Of a DNA stretch of 64,000 nucleotides, positions 37,132 through 48,017 are shown piece by piece. Location of the stretch: NCBI GenBank assembly GCA_964357605.1, contig CAYHLX010000003.1:1579-65578 (forward strand), given 5' to 3'. Below the pieces are notes generated by a model. That model searched no databases. It saw nothing but the letters and a program-made list of their open reading frames with translations, and was not told where the DNA came from. Positions within the stretch are counted from its first letter, which is position 1. Each line of letters opens with the position of its first letter. This DNA comes from an uncultured Candidatus Saccharibacteria bacterium. GTDB lineage: Bacteria > Patescibacteriota > Minisyncoccia > Phycocordibacterales > PALSA-1337. The position numbers and the translations under genes are program-made.

Positions 37132-37599
37132 ATGAGAAGAAAAATAAAAAATAAAAATCCGGTCAGACCAGAATCTGTCTACGAATCACTAAAAGTGGCC
37201 AAACTTATCAACTACGTGATGGATTCAGGTAAAAAGACCATTGCGAGGAAAGTAGTCTATGATTGTTTCGTTTTCCTAAAGGAGAAAACTAAAACTGAAC
37301 CTTTGGAAGTTTTTGAACTAGCTCTCAAAAATACCACCCCAGCTATGGAAGTTCGTTCCAGACGAGTTGGTGGAGCAAACTACCAAGTTCCTCGAGAAGT
37401 TCGTCCAGAGAGGCAGAGATCTCTGTCTATGAAATGGATTGTGGAAGCCGCCAGAAGTAAGAAGGGTAAACCGATGCACGAAAAGTTGGCAGAAGAGATC
37501 ATTGCCGCCTCAAAGAATGAAGGAGAAGCCGTCAAGAAAAGAGAAAATACCCACAAGATGGCCGAAGCCAACAAAGCCTTTGCTCACTTTGCGTGGTAG
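37132..37599 (+). CDS. rpsG: 30S ribosomal protein S7
   Basis: S7 family sequence, full length. Confidence 0.95.
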   Translation: MRRKIKNKNPVRPESVYESLKVAKLINYVMDSGKKTIARKVVYDCFVFLKEKTKTEPLEVFELALKNTTPAMEVRSRRVGGANYQVPREVRPERQRSLSMKWIVEAARSKKGKPMHEKLAEEIIAASKNEGEAVKKRENTHKMAEANKAFAHFAW

Positions 37600-37646
37600 T
37601 TGTGTTCGTATGTTTCCATTTAGCACCTTATTATCTAATTTAATTT

Positions 37647-39812
37647 ATGCAAAGAGACTATCCACTAGAAAAAGTTCGTAATTTTGGGATTATCGCCCAT
37701 ATCGACGCTGGAAAAACTACTACTTCAGAGCGTATTCTGTATTATACCGGTGAAATTCATAAAATCGGAGAGGTGCACGATGGTGCTACTACCACTGACT
37801 GGATGGAACAGGAACGAGAACGAGGCATCACTATTACCGCGGCGGCTATTACTTGTTTTTGGAATCCAACTTATATGCGAGGTCTTGTCGGAGCAGATGG
37901 CAAGCCTGACATGAGTAAGAAGCATCGCTTCAACATCATCGATACACCAGGGCATATTGACTTTACGGTGGAGGTGAAGCGATCCCTGCGAGTGCTCGAC
38001 GGTGCAGTTGTCGTTTTTGATGGAGTAGCTGGAGTAGAGCCTCAATCTGAGACCAACTGGAGATATGCAGACGAAGGAAATGTACCCCGACTCTGTTTTG
38101 TGAACAAAATGGACCGTACAGGAGCCTCTTTTGAAAAATCGTTCGCTTCAATTCTAGAACGGCTCAATAAGAATGCGATTCGATTCCAGCTTCCTATTGG
38201 TCTGGAAGGAGAACATGAGGGAGTGGTTGATCTTTTGAAAATGAAAGCTTACTTTTTTGATGGTGAAAAAGGGATTAATGTTATTGAAAAGGAAATTCCT
38301 GAAAATCTACTCGCCGATGCCAAGAAATACCGCGCCGAGCTTGTCGAGAAGGTTTCTGAACATGATGATGTGGCCATGCAAGCATATCTTGAAGGAAAGG
38401 AACTCTCTGTCGAAGAGCTTAAGAAAGTTATTAGAAAAGCGGTTATCGCCAACAAGATTTTTCCGGTCTTTACTGGTTCAGCTCTAAAAAATGTTGGTGT
38501 TCAGCTTGTTCTAGATGCCGTGGTTGATTATCTTCCATCTCCTCTAGATATTCCTGCGGTCAAAGCAACTGATGTGAATACTGGCGAACAAGTTCTTCGT
38601 CATGCGTCTGATGAAGAACCATTTACCGCTCTGGCTTTCAAATTACAGAATGATCCCTTTGTTGGACAGCTCACTTTCTTCCGTGTTTATTCTGGAACGA
38701 TTGAGTCTGGAACATATATTTATAATGCGACAACTGGTAAGAAGGAGAGACTAGGACGTATCGTGCGACTCCAGGCCAATGATCGAGAAGAAGTAAAAAA
38801 GGTTTTTGCGGGAGAAATTGCTGCCGCTGTAGGTATCAAAGATGCGCTAACCTCCCATACTTTCAGTGATGAGAATCACCCAGTTCTTTTAGAGGTTATC
38901 AAATTCCTTGATCCGGTGGTTTCTCTACGTATTGAACCAAAGACCAAGGCTGATCAGGAAAAAATGGGTATGGCTTTACGAAAGCTTGCCAACGAAGACC
39001 CTACTTTCAAAATTTCTTCTAACTCCGAGACTGGCGAAACTCTTATTGCAGGTATGGGTGAGCTTCATCTAGAAATTATGATTGATCGTATGAAGAGAGA
39101 GTTCGGGGTAGAAGCTAATGTTGGTAAGCCACAAGTGGCCTACAGAGAGACTATTCTTGGCACAGCTGAAGCTGAACACAAGTACGTCAAACAGTCTGGA
39201 GGTAAGGGTCAGTATGGTCACGTTAAGATCACTCTCAAACCCCTCGAGCCTCTCGTACCAGGTGCAAAGATCCCTAAAAATGTCAGTCGTTATGACGATT
39301 TTGAATTCATTAACTCTATCAAGGGAGGTGTGATTCCAATAGAATTTATTCCTGCCGTTGAAAAGGGGGTTCATGAAGCGATGGATCGTGGTATTGTGGC
39401 TGGTTATCGTATGGTCAATGTTTCTTGTGAACTCACTTATGGTAGTTATCACGATGTTGACTCATCCGAAATTGCCTATAAGATTGCCGCTTCTCAGGCC
39501 TTTCAAGAAGGAGCCAAGAGAGCAAAACCTGTTATTCTCGAGCCTATTATGAAGCTCGAAGTTCTTTTTCCAGACAAGTTCATGGGAGATGTCACAGGCA
39601 GTATTTCTTCAAAGAGAGGAACGATCGAAGAAATGACCGAAAGGGGCCAAGCCAAGGTTCTCCACGCCAAAGTTCCTTTGTCAGAAATGTTTGGTTACAC
39701 CACACAACTAAGATCTATGACCTCAGGACAGGGAAGTGCGACCATGGAATTTGATCATTATGAAGTTGTCCCACCTAACGTCGAGAAGACGATCGTGGAG
39801 GCGAGGAAGTAG
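37647..39812 (+). CDS. fusA: Elongation factor G
   Basis: AHIDAGKTTTSE G-domain and domains II-V. Confidence 0.95.
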   Translation: MQRDYPLEKVRNFGIIAHIDAGKTTTSERILYYTGEIHKIGEVHDGATTTDWMEQERERGITITAAAITCFWNPTYMRGLVGADGKPDMSKKHRFNIIDTPGHIDFTVEVKRSLRVLDGAVVVFDGVAGVEPQSETNWRYADEGNVPRLCFVNKMDRTGASFEKSFASILERLNKNAIRFQLPIGLEGEHEGVVDLLKMKAYFFDGEKGINVIEKEIPENLLADAKKYRAELVEKVSEHDDVAMQAYLEGKELSVEELKKVIRKAVIANKIFPVFTGSALKNVGVQLVLDAVVDYLPSPLDIPAVKATDVNTGEQVLRHASDEEPFTALAFKLQNDPFVGQLTFFRVYSGTIESGTYIYNATTGKKERLGRIVRLQANDREEVKKVFAGEIAAAVGIKDALTSHTFSDENHPVLLEVIKFLDPVVSLRIEPKTKADQEKMGMALRKLANEDPTFKISSNSETGETLIAGMGELHLEIMIDRMKREFGVEANVGKPQVAYRETILGTAEAEHKYVKQSGGKGQYGHVKITLKPLEPLVPGAKIPKNVSRYDDFEFINSIKGGVIPIEFIPAVEKGVHEAMDRGIVAGYRMVNVSCELTYGSYHDVDSSEIAYKIAASQAFQEGAKRAKPVILEPIMKLEVLFPDKFMGDVTGSISSKRGTIEEMTERGQAKVLHAKVPLSEMFGYTTQLRSMTSGQGSATMEFDHYEVVPPNVEKTIVEARK

Positions 39813-40610
39813 TTATCTCGGAAATTCTTCCACTAATTCATTAGAATCATAAAATGATTGAGCAAGACCACCGAAACTGTAGGTGGTTTTGTTTATTTCT
39901 ATCTCTGCTCCGCCTAATTGGGGACTATTGTGAGGTTTTGAATTAGCAAAACCTATATTGAAAAGGGTAGCTACGATTCCTGGCCTGTTATGTATTGGAA
40001 AACCAACTTTTTCCCATTGAGTTTCAAGTTGTTTGATCAAGATGGCTGAATATAAGTATGAATAGTATCGGTTATCTTCGTCAGTTAATCGTAAGAAGCG
40101 TTCATTGTCTGGGTTGTTTGTTGTAAAATCTAGGATTTTTTCATATTTTTTACCTAAATACCAAGGAGAATCAGGGTTTTTTAGGTTATTCTCGATTTTC
40201 CTGGCGGTTTCCTGCTTGATACCCATGACACCCCAGGAAAACTGACTCTGATTGCCTAAAATCTTAAGTGGGGCAAAGATACTTTTGAAAATCTCTCTTT
40301 CCGAATGAAATAGGCGTAATTGTTCTACAACGAGAGGGGCCACGATCAGGCGTGAGGGGATTCCAGTCTCTTTTGCGACTTTTTCTATAGCTTCTTGATC
40401 TTTCAGTATGGCTTCTTTTAGAATTTGCCATTCTTCTCCCTTGGTCCACTCCAGATCATTCTTTTCTAGCTGTTCTTGGAAATAATCTCGCTGTTCATCT
40501 ACAATTCCCTCGGTATTGGTCCAACCAAACTCTACGGCAAGATAGACAAAAACTAAGATAAAACCTATAGCAGCAAAAATATATACTAAAATATGGAAAA
40601 CTTTCTTCAT
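39813..40610 (-). CDS. Hypothetical N-terminally membrane-anchored extracytoplasmic protein
   Basis: TM helix ILVYIFAAIGFILVFVYLAV. No recognised domain. Confidence 0.5.
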   Translation of the reverse strand: MKKVFHILVYIFAAIGFILVFVYLAVEFGWTNTEGIVDEQRDYFQEQLEKNDLEWTKGEEWQILKEAILKDQEAIEKVAKETGIPSRLIVAPLVVEQLRLFHSEREIFKSIFAPLKILGNQSQFSWGVMGIKQETARKIENNLKNPDSPWYLGKKYEKILDFTTNNPDNERFLRLTDEDNRYYSYLYSAILIKQLETQWEKVGFPIHNRPGIVATLFNIGFANSKPHNSPQLGGAEIEINKTTYSFGGLAQSFYDSNELVEEFPR

Positions 40611-40642
40611 ATATTTACTATATCATATGTGGATAACCACGT

Positions 40643-40670
40643 TTGCGCACCAGTGTCATCAGTGTATAAT
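40643..40670 (+). promoter_or_regulatory. Putative sigma70 promoter: TTGCGC, 16 bp, TGtTATAAT
   Basis: Read directly. It lies about 100 nt upstream of the 40770 start. Confidence 0.4.
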
Positions 40671-40703
40671 TGTGCACAAGAGTTTCTACTATCATATTGT
40701 GAA

Positions 40704-40712
40704 GGGGGGGGG
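40704..40712 (+). repeat. G9 homopolymeric tract between the putative promoter and the start of the 992-aa surface protein gene
   Basis: gaaGGGGGGGGGatatg read directly. Confidence 0.9.
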
Positions 40713-40769
40713 ATATGTTACAATATCTCCAGGTTTCTTTTGTTTCTCATTAAAAAATAAATTAAAAAA

Positions 40770-43748
40770 ATGTCATATAAAAAACAGGTTATTGCATACA
40801 TTGTTATTGTTGTAGCGATCTTTTCATTTAATATAAGTCAAACTTATGCCCAGGTGGTACCAACCTGTCCTGCTGGTTATATCTGTACACCCACAAATCC
40901 TCAACCAGTTGAATGCCCGCCTGGCTATGTTTGTGTACCGACCAACACTACTCCTTCTGGGGGTGGAGGTAGTAGTGGGGGTGGTGGAAGCAGTACAACA
41001 ACTACAGTCTTTTCAGATGCCAAAGTGACACTCAATAGAAACGTATTAGAACTTATCTATGATAATAGTCGTGGGGAATCGGCTCTAAAGGCGACATATT
41101 CTTTTTCCGTTACTGCTGCAACAAAAGATGTTTATATCTATAAAAATGGGGCTATAGGAGGTTTTATGAATCAGGATGGAGCAATTGTTGCGGTAGGTCC
41201 TATTGTTCCCACACTAGTTTCTGATTCCTTTGTAAGAACCTTGAATGATTCTGCTGGTAGGGAGCTTTACGTTGTTAATTCTGGTCAGACTGTCAAGTTT
41301 ACGGCTACAATTCAAACAAATCCTAAGCAAATGTTTGCTGGTACTTACAGAGGTGTCTTCCAGGCTATGTATGCAAATAATTCAGCTACTTATGGAGCTT
41401 CAGAGTTTAAACTTGAATTACCTAGAAATTATACAAATTCAAAGACGATTATAGGTGAGGTATCTCCTTATATCAGTTCTGTAGAAAATTCAACTACTCT
41501 CACCTCTGGAGCGATAGTGAATCTTAGGGGCCAGAGATTAAATAATTCTACTCTTAGACTAAATGGAATTGCTTCATCTGATACTCTAACTGTTTCAAGA
41601 GATGGTACAACTGCTAGATTTACTCTTCCTTCACATTCAGATGGACGATATTATCTATCTCTATACAATTCAACAACAGGAGAAAGTAACAGAGTCTACT
41701 TTAGTGTGGGGAATCCTGATAAAGGTACGGTGTCCGTGATTAGTCCAAATGGAGGAGAAACTATCAATCTAAGTAATGATTGGGTGGTTACTTTCAAGCC
41801 GATACGAGGAGCAAAACACTGGGTTAATTTGGTAGATGAATCTAGAGATCATTCCTATGCAATCAATAATATCTATAACCCTGATCTCATTGGAGAAGCA
41901 TCAGATAGGCAATCGCTAGTCATAAAGGGAGGTATGTTTAGTCACTACAACATTATTCCTGGATCTAAGTTCAAAATTGAAATTTGTGCAAACAGTATCT
42001 GTGATAAAAGTGATGATGTTTTTGTAATTACAAATTCAACTCAACCAACTACATACGGTGAAACTGAAACATTCACTAAAAGATTTTACGTTAGTGATTC
42101 ATCAATACCAAGCACTATTTCTATAGCGGCAGATAATCAGTATGTAATATCTTTGAATGGTGCAACTGTTGATTCAAGTGTTGGAGATTGGAATTTCAAT
42201 TCTGTCCATTCACGTAATCTCGCAGGGTATCTTATGGGCGGACGTGAGAATACTCTCGAGATCAAAGTATTCAACAATTATGCCACTGGCGCATCTCAGA
42301 CAGGTTTAGGTAATCCTGCTGGACTGATCTACAAGATCACTCAAGGTAGCAACATTCTTGCCTCAAGTGATGGGTCAGAGTCCACATCAGGAGGGCGAGC
42401 TGTTGTTCTTTCTCAAAACGATCCTTCATGGATAAAGATTGATGGAGCAAAATGGATCTGGAATAAAGATTATTATGCAGGGACTGGAGGACCGGTTACA
42501 CCTACTCAAAGGTGTGAAATTACTGCACGTGTCGCAAAAACTTATTCAGCAGGTGATAATTCATGGGGATTTTATGTAGTAGTGGATTCAAAAAACAAAC
42601 CAGCTAATTCAAATGGTTGGACGGCTAATTTCGAAGGCTATGTACCACAAATAACTTCTTACGGAGTAGAGAAGCTCTATGGAAATTTCTTCAGCAGTTC
42701 AGGACAACTACAATTTACAGCAAGGGATCAAGTTGATAGTAACTGTTCAAATACAATTACAGTTTATCCACCTCCATCAACTCCTACACCAATTGTTTCT
42801 ACGCCAGTTCTAAGTTCTATCTCCTCAACCTCTATTTCTCCAGGAGAGTGGTTAACAATTTATGGTTCCGGATTTCTTAGTAAATATACAGTAGTTTCAT
42901 TTATTGGTTCTGATTTTCCTTCTCATAGCCCTAACTCGGTTTCAAGCGATGGTACCACCCTTAGTATAATCGTACCTCACGGAATACCTTCTGGTGCCTA
43001 TGCGGTATCTGTTGTGAATTTGAAAGACGGAAGTCGTCTAAATAGTGCACGATCCATACCACTGAGTGTTCGTTCTTCAACCCCAACTCCCGTCCCAACT
43101 GTTTCTATTTCCGTATCTCCTACGGTAGTTACTACTGATGATAGTGTGAGAGTCACATGGTCTTCTACAAACGCCACCTCATGTATTGGAACTGGATTCT
43201 CTACATACAATCAAACTAGCGGCAGTCAAACTGTAAGGAATATTGGTAACCCAGGAAACGTAACTTATCATATCTCTTGTGTTAATAGTGCTGGAGTTTC
43301 AACAAAATCATCTGCGACATTCACGGTTACTTCTCCAACAGTTACTCCTACTCCAACCCCCACCCCTACTCCGACGACCACTCAAACCCCAGTACCAGCT
43401 CCAACTGCCACCTTCACCATTAACGGACAGAAAAGCTATACCTATAATGTCGGTGAGACAAATAACTATGTCTGGTCATCTACAAATGCCGACAGATTTT
43501 CCTCAAGCTACACTTCTACCGGAGGAAGTGTTTGTGGGGGAGGATCATGGGTAGCAAATACCGCTAGTGGCTCATCACGTTCATATATCTCAAGTGCTTA
43601 TGCTGGATGTACTTGGACGGTAACATACACAGCCACAAATAGTCAGACAGGACAATCTGCTTCTGACACTGTTGTTGTAAAAGTAAACCCTCTCACCACC
43701 AGCACTTCATCAGTCTGGGATGCGATAAAAAATATCTTCTCAAGATAG
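40770..43748 (+). CDS. Large (992 aa) secreted or surface protein with N-terminal Cys motifs (PxCPxGYxC), a Gly/Ser linker, Thr/Ser-rich beta-domains, a lectin/PA14-like block and a PT-repeat linker. Putative adhesin.
   Basis: Signal peptide VIVVAIFSFNISQTYA-QV. PTCPAGYICTP / VECPPGYVCVP repeats. TPTPTPTPTPTTTQTPVPAPT linker. Confidence 0.7.
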   Translation: MSYKKQVIAYIVIVVAIFSFNISQTYAQVVPTCPAGYICTPTNPQPVECPPGYVCVPTNTTPSGGGGSSGGGGSSTTTTVFSDAKVTLNRNVLELIYDNSRGESALKATYSFSVTAATKDVYIYKNGAIGGFMNQDGAIVAVGPIVPTLVSDSFVRTLNDSAGRELYVVNSGQTVKFTATIQTNPKQMFAGTYRGVFQAMYANNSATYGASEFKLELPRNYTNSKTIIGEVSPYISSVENSTTLTSGAIVNLRGQRLNNSTLRLNGIASSDTLTVSRDGTTARFTLPSHSDGRYYLSLYNSTTGESNRVYFSVGNPDKGTVSVISPNGGETINLSNDWVVTFKPIRGAKHWVNLVDESRDHSYAINNIYNPDLIGEASDRQSLVIKGGMFSHYNIIPGSKFKIEICANSICDKSDDVFVITNSTQPTTYGETETFTKRFYVSDSSIPSTISIAADNQYVISLNGATVDSSVGDWNFNSVHSRNLAGYLMGGRENTLEIKVFNNYATGASQTGLGNPAGLIYKITQGSNILASSDGSESTSGGRAVVLSQNDPSWIKIDGAKWIWNKDYYAGTGGPVTPTQRCEITARVAKTYSAGDNSWGFYVVVDSKNKPANSNGWTANFEGYVPQITSYGVEKLYGNFFSSSGQLQFTARDQVDSNCSNTITVYPPPSTPTPIVSTPVLSSISSTSISPGEWLTIYGSGFLSKYTVVSFIGSDFPSHSPNSVSSDGTTLSIIVPHGIPSGAYAVSVVNLKDGSRLNSARSIPLSVRSSTPTPVPTVSISVSPTVVTTDDSVRVTWSSTNATSCIGTGFSTYNQTSGSQTVRNIGNPGNVTYHISCVNSAGVSTKSSATFTVTSPTVTPTPTPTPTPTTTQTPVPAPTATFTINGQKSYTYNVGETNNYVWSSTNADRFSSSYTSTGGSVCGGGSWVANTASGSSRSYISSAYAGCTWTVTYTATNSQTGQSASDTVVVKVNPLTTSTSSVWDAIKNIFSR

Positions 43749-43764
43749 GTAAAACTCCTAAAAT

Positions 43765-43793
43765 TTGACAGAAGACTGCGTACTTGCTAGTAT
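43765..43793 (+). promoter_or_regulatory. Sigma70 promoter for tuf: TTGACA, 17 bp, TAGTAT
   Basis: Read directly. It lies about 125 nt upstream of the tuf ATG. Confidence 0.5.
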
Positions 43794-43812
43794 AGCCATT
43801 ACGCAGTTTTCT
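43776..43812 (+). terminator. Hairpin CTGCGTA ... TACGCAG plus TTTTCTT, overlapping the tuf promoter. Probable terminator for the upstream surface-protein gene.
   Basis: 7-bp stem, 17-nt loop, T-tract. Confidence 0.4.
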
Positions 43813-43916
43813 TGCGTTGGTGTTTTTATTTAATAGTATTTAATAATTTATCTTTGGTTCTATACGGCATGGTCTCTTCACGCCCATACCACATAGAGTC
43901 AAAGCGCTAAAAACAT

Positions 43917-45104
43917 ATGGCAGCAGAATTTAATCGTACAAAGCCGCACGTTAATGTCGGCACCATTGGTCACGTTGACCACGGAAAGACTACTCTTACC
44001 ACATCTATCCTAGCCGTTCAGGCCAAGGATGGTCTTGCTCAAAACAAGGCTTATGCAGACATTGCAAAAGGAGGTACTGTTCGCGATGCCTCAAAGATCG
44101 TGACCATTTCTCTAGCACACGTAGAATACGAGTCAGAAGCTCGACACTACGCTCACATTGATGCCCCAGGTCACGCAGACTATATAAAGAACATGATTAC
44201 AGGTGCCGCTCAAATGGACGGTGCTATTCTCGTTGTTTCTGCTACAGACGGTGTGATGCCACAGACTCGTGAACATGTTCTTCTTGCAAAACAAGTCGGT
44301 GTTCCTAAGGTTGTCGTTTTCCTTAACAAGTGCGACATGGTCGCTGAAAAAGATCTTCTAGATCTAGTTGAAGAAGAAGTGAGAGATCTCCTTACAAAGA
44401 ATGGATTTGACGGAAAGGGAGTTCCTGTTATCAGAGGCTCAGCTCTAAAGGCTCTCGAAGGAGAAGCTGGAGGAGTAAAGAGTATAAAAGATTTGATGAA
44501 TGCTCTCGACACATATATTCCTACACCAGTGCGTGAAGTTGATAAGCCATTCCTGATGCCTATCGAAGATATTTTCTCTATTGAAGGACGAGGAACAGTG
44601 GTTACTGGACGTATAGAAAGAGGAATGGTGAAAGTTGGAGAAGAAGTTGAAATCATTGGTTTCAAAGACACTTCAAAAACTACCATTACTGGTATCGAAA
44701 TGTTTAACAAATCTCTAAAGGAAGGTATGGCAGGAGATAATGCCGGACTTCTTCTACGAGGAACTGGAAAGGACGATGTTACTCGAGGTATGGTTCTAGC
44801 AAAATCTGGCTCTGTTAAGCCACATACAGAATTTGAAGCGGAGGTCTATATTTTGAAGAAAGAGGAGGGAGGACGACACACCCCATTTTTTACTGGATAT
44901 AAACCTCAGTTCTACATTCGAACAACAGATGTTACTGGAGAGGTAACACTAGCTACTGGAGTTGAAATGGTGATGCCAGGAGATACTGTTACTTTCAAAG
45001 TAAAGCTTGTAGCGCCAGTGGCTCTTGATGCACAACAGCGATTTGCCATCCGAGAGGGTGGAAAGACAGTGGGCGCAGGAGTGGTAACCAAGATCACCGC
45101 TTAA
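43917..45104 (+). CDS. tuf: Elongation factor Tu
   Basis: [11 protein letters not shown] and DCPGHADY (here DAPGHADY). Confidence 0.95.
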   Translation: MAAEFNRTKPHVNVGTIGHVDHGKTTLTTSILAVQAKDGLAQNKAYADIAKGGTVRDASKIVTISLAHVEYESEARHYAHIDAPGHADYIKNMITGAAQMDGAILVVSATDGVMPQTREHVLLAKQVGVPKVVVFLNKCDMVAEKDLLDLVEEEVRDLLTKNGFDGKGVPVIRGSALKALEGEAGGVKSIKDLMNALDTYIPTPVREVDKPFLMPIEDIFSIEGRGTVVTGRIERGMVKVGEEVEIIGFKDTSKTTITGIEMFNKSLKEGMAGDNAGLLLRGTGKDDVTRGMVLAKSGSVKPHTEFEAEVYILKKEEGGRHTPFFTGYKPQFYIRTTDVTGEVTLATGVEMVMPGDTVTFKVKLVAPVALDAQQRFAIREGGKTVGAGVVTKITA

Positions 45105-45114
45105 TATCATTACT

Positions 45115-45492
45115 ATGGCCACCGCTTCAAAAGAAACAACAAAGAAGACTCCAAAATCTCGTACAAAAGTACAGAAGGTTGGAGAAAATCCCAGACTTCG
45201 TATCAGAGTTAGAGCCTATGAGCATAAAATTCTTGATGCATCTTTGAAGCAGATTATGGATACGGCTATACGATATGATGTTCAGTTTTATGGACCCATT
45301 CCGCTTCCTACAGAAATAAAGAAGTATACCGTAAATCGTTCGGCATTTGTGTTTAAGAATGCTCGAGAACAATTTGAAATGAGAGTCCATAAGCGTTTGA
45401 TAGATATTTTAAACCCAAACCAGAAAATTATTGAAGCTCTTACCAATCTATCTCTTCCTTCTGGTGTAAACATCGATGTGAAGATGATGTAG
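45115..45492 (+). CDS. rpsJ: 30S ribosomal protein S10 with a basic N-terminal extension of about 25 aa
   Basis: RLRIRVRAYEHKILD core. Confidence 0.9.
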   Translation: MATASKETTKKTPKSRTKVQKVGENPRLRIRVRAYEHKILDASLKQIMDTAIRYDVQFYGPIPLPTEIKKYTVNRSAFVFKNAREQFEMRVHKRLIDILNPNQKIIEALTNLSLPSGVNIDVKMM

Positions 45493-45517
45493 TTTCTGTA
45501 AGATAGAAAACACTGAT

Positions 45518-46123
45518 ATGAAATTTATTCTTGGAAGAAAATTATACATGACACAAATCTTTGATAAAGAAGGCGTGGTTCGTCCTGCCACACTTGTTGA
45601 AGCTTCTCCTGTCGTGGTAACTCAAGTGAAAACTGAAAAAACAGATGGTTACAGCGCTCTTCAAGTTGCTTCTGGAGAAAAGAAAATTGCAAACCTAAAC
45701 AAGGCCATGAAAGGTCATGTAAAAGACCTTGGGGCATTTGCTTCTATCAGAGAATTCAGAATAGATCCTGTGACTCACAAGGTAGGAGATAAGATTGAGC
45801 TTACCCAATTCAAAGAAGGTGATACCATCGAGGTTAGCGCTCTCTCAAAGGGCAAGGGATTCCAAGGTGTGGTTAAGAGACATGGTTTCGGTGGAGGACC
45901 TAGAACTCACGGTCAAAAGCATTCTGAGAGAGAGCCAGGTTCTATCGGTGGAGGTTTGAGAAACAAAGTTCCCAAGAAGATGAGAATGGCCGGTAGAATG
46001 GGAGGAGATCGCATCACTGTGAAGAATCTAAAGGTCCTTCATATTGACGGAAATACCAATACCCTCTATATTTCAGGGGCTATTCCAGGTCGTAGAGGAA
46101 CTCTAGTAGAGATCATTGGCTAA
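45518..46123 (+). CDS. rplC: 50S ribosomal protein L3
   Basis: L3 family. GKGFQGVVKRHGF. Confidence 0.9.
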   Translation: MKFILGRKLYMTQIFDKEGVVRPATLVEASPVVVTQVKTEKTDGYSALQVASGEKKIANLNKAMKGHVKDLGAFASIREFRIDPVTHKVGDKIELTQFKEGDTIEVSALSKGKGFQGVVKRHGFGGGPRTHGQKHSEREPGSIGGGLRNKVPKKMRMAGRMGGDRITVKNLKVLHIDGNTNTLYISGAIPGRRGTLVEIIG

Positions 46124-46133
46124 TTAAATCAAT

Positions 46134-46787
46134 ATGGAAACTACTGTATACAATCAAAAAGGCAAAGAAGCTGGAAAAATCGAATTACCCGAGACTGTTT
46201 TTGGCTTGTCTTGGAATGCTGACTTGGTTCATCAGGTTGTTGTAGCGATGACTTCAAGTATGAGAGATTCTATAGCTCATACCAAGACTCGTGGAGAAGT
46301 TCGTGGTGGAGGAAAGAAACCTTGGCAACAGAAGGGAACTGGTCGTGCTCGACACGGCTCATCTCGATCACCGATCTGGGTTGGTGGAGGTGTGGCTCAC
46401 GGTCCTCGAAGTGATAAGAATTATGATCGAAAGGTGAACAAGAAGGCCAAAACAAAAGCCCTCTACACTATTCTTTCAAAGAAGTTCCGTGATGGCGAGA
46501 TCCTTGTTGTAGATTCTCTAGCTTTCACCGCCCCAAAGGCTAAGGAGGCAAAGGTGACCTTGCTATCTCTCTCAAAGGTGAAGGGATTTGAAAAACTTGG
46601 TACAAAGCCAAAGAATGCTGCCATTATTGCGATAGACAAGAAATACCCTGAAGTTATAAAGAGTTTTGGAAACTTTGGAAATGTTTCTGTAGAGGAACTG
46701 CGAAATATTAATCCAGTCTCAGTGCTTAACCATAAGTATCTAGTGATTACCAACCCAAAAGAGTCACTGAAGATTTTTAATCAATAA
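46134..46787 (+). CDS. rplD: 50S ribosomal protein L4
   Basis: L4 family. [12 protein letters not shown]. Confidence 0.9.
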   Translation: METTVYNQKGKEAGKIELPETVFGLSWNADLVHQVVVAMTSSMRDSIAHTKTRGEVRGGGKKPWQQKGTGRARHGSSRSPIWVGGGVAHGPRSDKNYDRKVNKKAKTKALYTILSKKFRDGEILVVDSLAFTAPKAKEAKVTLLSLSKVKGFEKLGTKPKNAAIIAIDKKYPEVIKSFGNFGNVSVEELRNINPVSVLNHKYLVITNPKESLKIFNQ

Positions 46788-46792
46788 ATATT

Positions 46793-47152
46793 ATGGCTCT
46801 CTTTGGATCAAAAAAGAAAAAAGTAGAAAAGGTAGAAAAAGTCGTGGCGATTCGTGCGTCTTCTTCATCTGTAAACATTTCTAAAGATATTATCATTCGT
46901 CCTCGTATTACAGAGAAGTCAGGATTGGCCAACGAAGCTCTAAATATCTATACATTTGAAGTTGTGAAATCAGCCACTAAGGATGTAATTATCAGAGCTA
47001 TTAAAAATATCTACAAGGTAAATCCTATAAAGGTCAGAACCATCACTCTTCCTTCAAAAAATGTTTTTAATAGAGGACGAAAAGGGGTAACACCAGGAGT
47101 TAAAAAGGCTCTGGTCTACCTAAAGAAGGGAGACAAGATTGAATTTGCCTAA
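46793..47152 (+). CDS. rplW: 50S ribosomal protein L23
   Basis: L23 family. Confidence 0.85.
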   Translation: MALFGSKKKKVEKVEKVVAIRASSSSVNISKDIIIRPRITEKSGLANEALNIYTFEVVKSATKDVIIRAIKNIYKVNPIKVRTITLPSKNVFNRGRKGVTPGVKKALVYLKKGDKIEFA

Positions 47153-48017
47153 TATTATTATCATGAAAAAATACGCACCAACAACACCATCAAGACGACA
47201 TCTCACCACTCTTCCTTACGGAAAGTATTTGACTACTCAAGAACCCTACAAGCCTCTGACTAAGGGAATGAAAAGAGATATGGGGCGAAATGCTTTTGGT
47301 CGTATCACAGTCCGACATAAGGGAGGAGGGAATAGCAAACTCTATCGTCAGATTGATTTTTCATATGACAAGAAAAATATGTTCGCCACTATTAAGACGG
47401 TGGAATATGATCCATATCGAACTGGTTTCATTGCTCTCGTTCAATATGAAGATGGGGAAAGACGATACATCCTTATTCCAAAGACGATGAAGGTGGGAGA
47501 TCGGTTCATTGTTTCTGAAACAGCCTTGGTAGAAGTAGGAAACAGACTTCCTTTGAGCAAAATTCCTGTCGGGACCTTTGTTTTTAATATTGAAGTGAGA
47601 CCGCATGGTGGGTCAAAACTAGTTCGTTCAGCTGGATCATTTGCTCAAGTTATTGCCAACGATGCCCCATATACTCACATCAAAATGCCTTCAACCGAAG
47701 TGAGAAAAGTTCATGACAATGCTTGGGCTACTGTCGGGACTGTTTCAAACGAGGAATCTCGCCTTGTAAATATTGGTAAGGCCGGCCGTTCTAGGTGGAT
47801 GGGTATTCGTCCTACAGTCAGAGGTTCAGCTCAAAACCCTGTGGATCATCCATACGGTGGAGGAGAGCAGAGAACTGGTCGAGGTTTGCGAAGGTTGAAG
47901 ACGAGATGGGGTAAGCCAGCCGGAAAAGGTCAAAAGACTAGAACTCCAAAGAAATACTCCAACGTCTTCATTGTCTCTCGTCGAAGAGTGGGCAAGAATA
48001 AGTCGGTAGAGCAATAA
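47139..48017 (+). CDS. rplB: 50S ribosomal protein L2
   Basis: L2 family. GGGEQRTGRG region. Confidence 0.95.
   Translation: MNLPNIIIMKKYAPTTPSRRHLTTLPYGKYLTTQEPYKPLTKGMKRDMGRNAFGRITVRHKGGGNSKLYRQIDFSYDKKNMFATIKTVEYDPYRTGFIALVQYEDGERRYILIPKTMKVGDRFIVSETALVEVGNRLPLSKIPVGTFVFNIEVRPHGGSKLVRSAGSFAQVIANDAPYTHIKMPSTEVRKVHDNAWATVGTVSNEESRLVNIGKAGRSRWMGIRPTVRGSAQNPVDHPYGGGEQRTGRGLRRLKTRWGKPAGKGQKTRTPKKYSNVFIVSRRRVGKNKSVEQ

Noticed and set aside
43330-43400. PT-repeat DNA (actcctactccaacccccacccctactccgacg) as a possible non-coding tandem repeat
   Set aside because: It lies in-frame within the 992-aa ORF and encodes a Pro/Thr linker. It is a coding low-complexity region.
45115-45189. Possibility that the S10 N-terminal 25 aa are not translated
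   Set aside because: No alternative ATG, GTG or TTG start lies between 45115 and the conserved RLRIRV core. The extension is retained as annotated.
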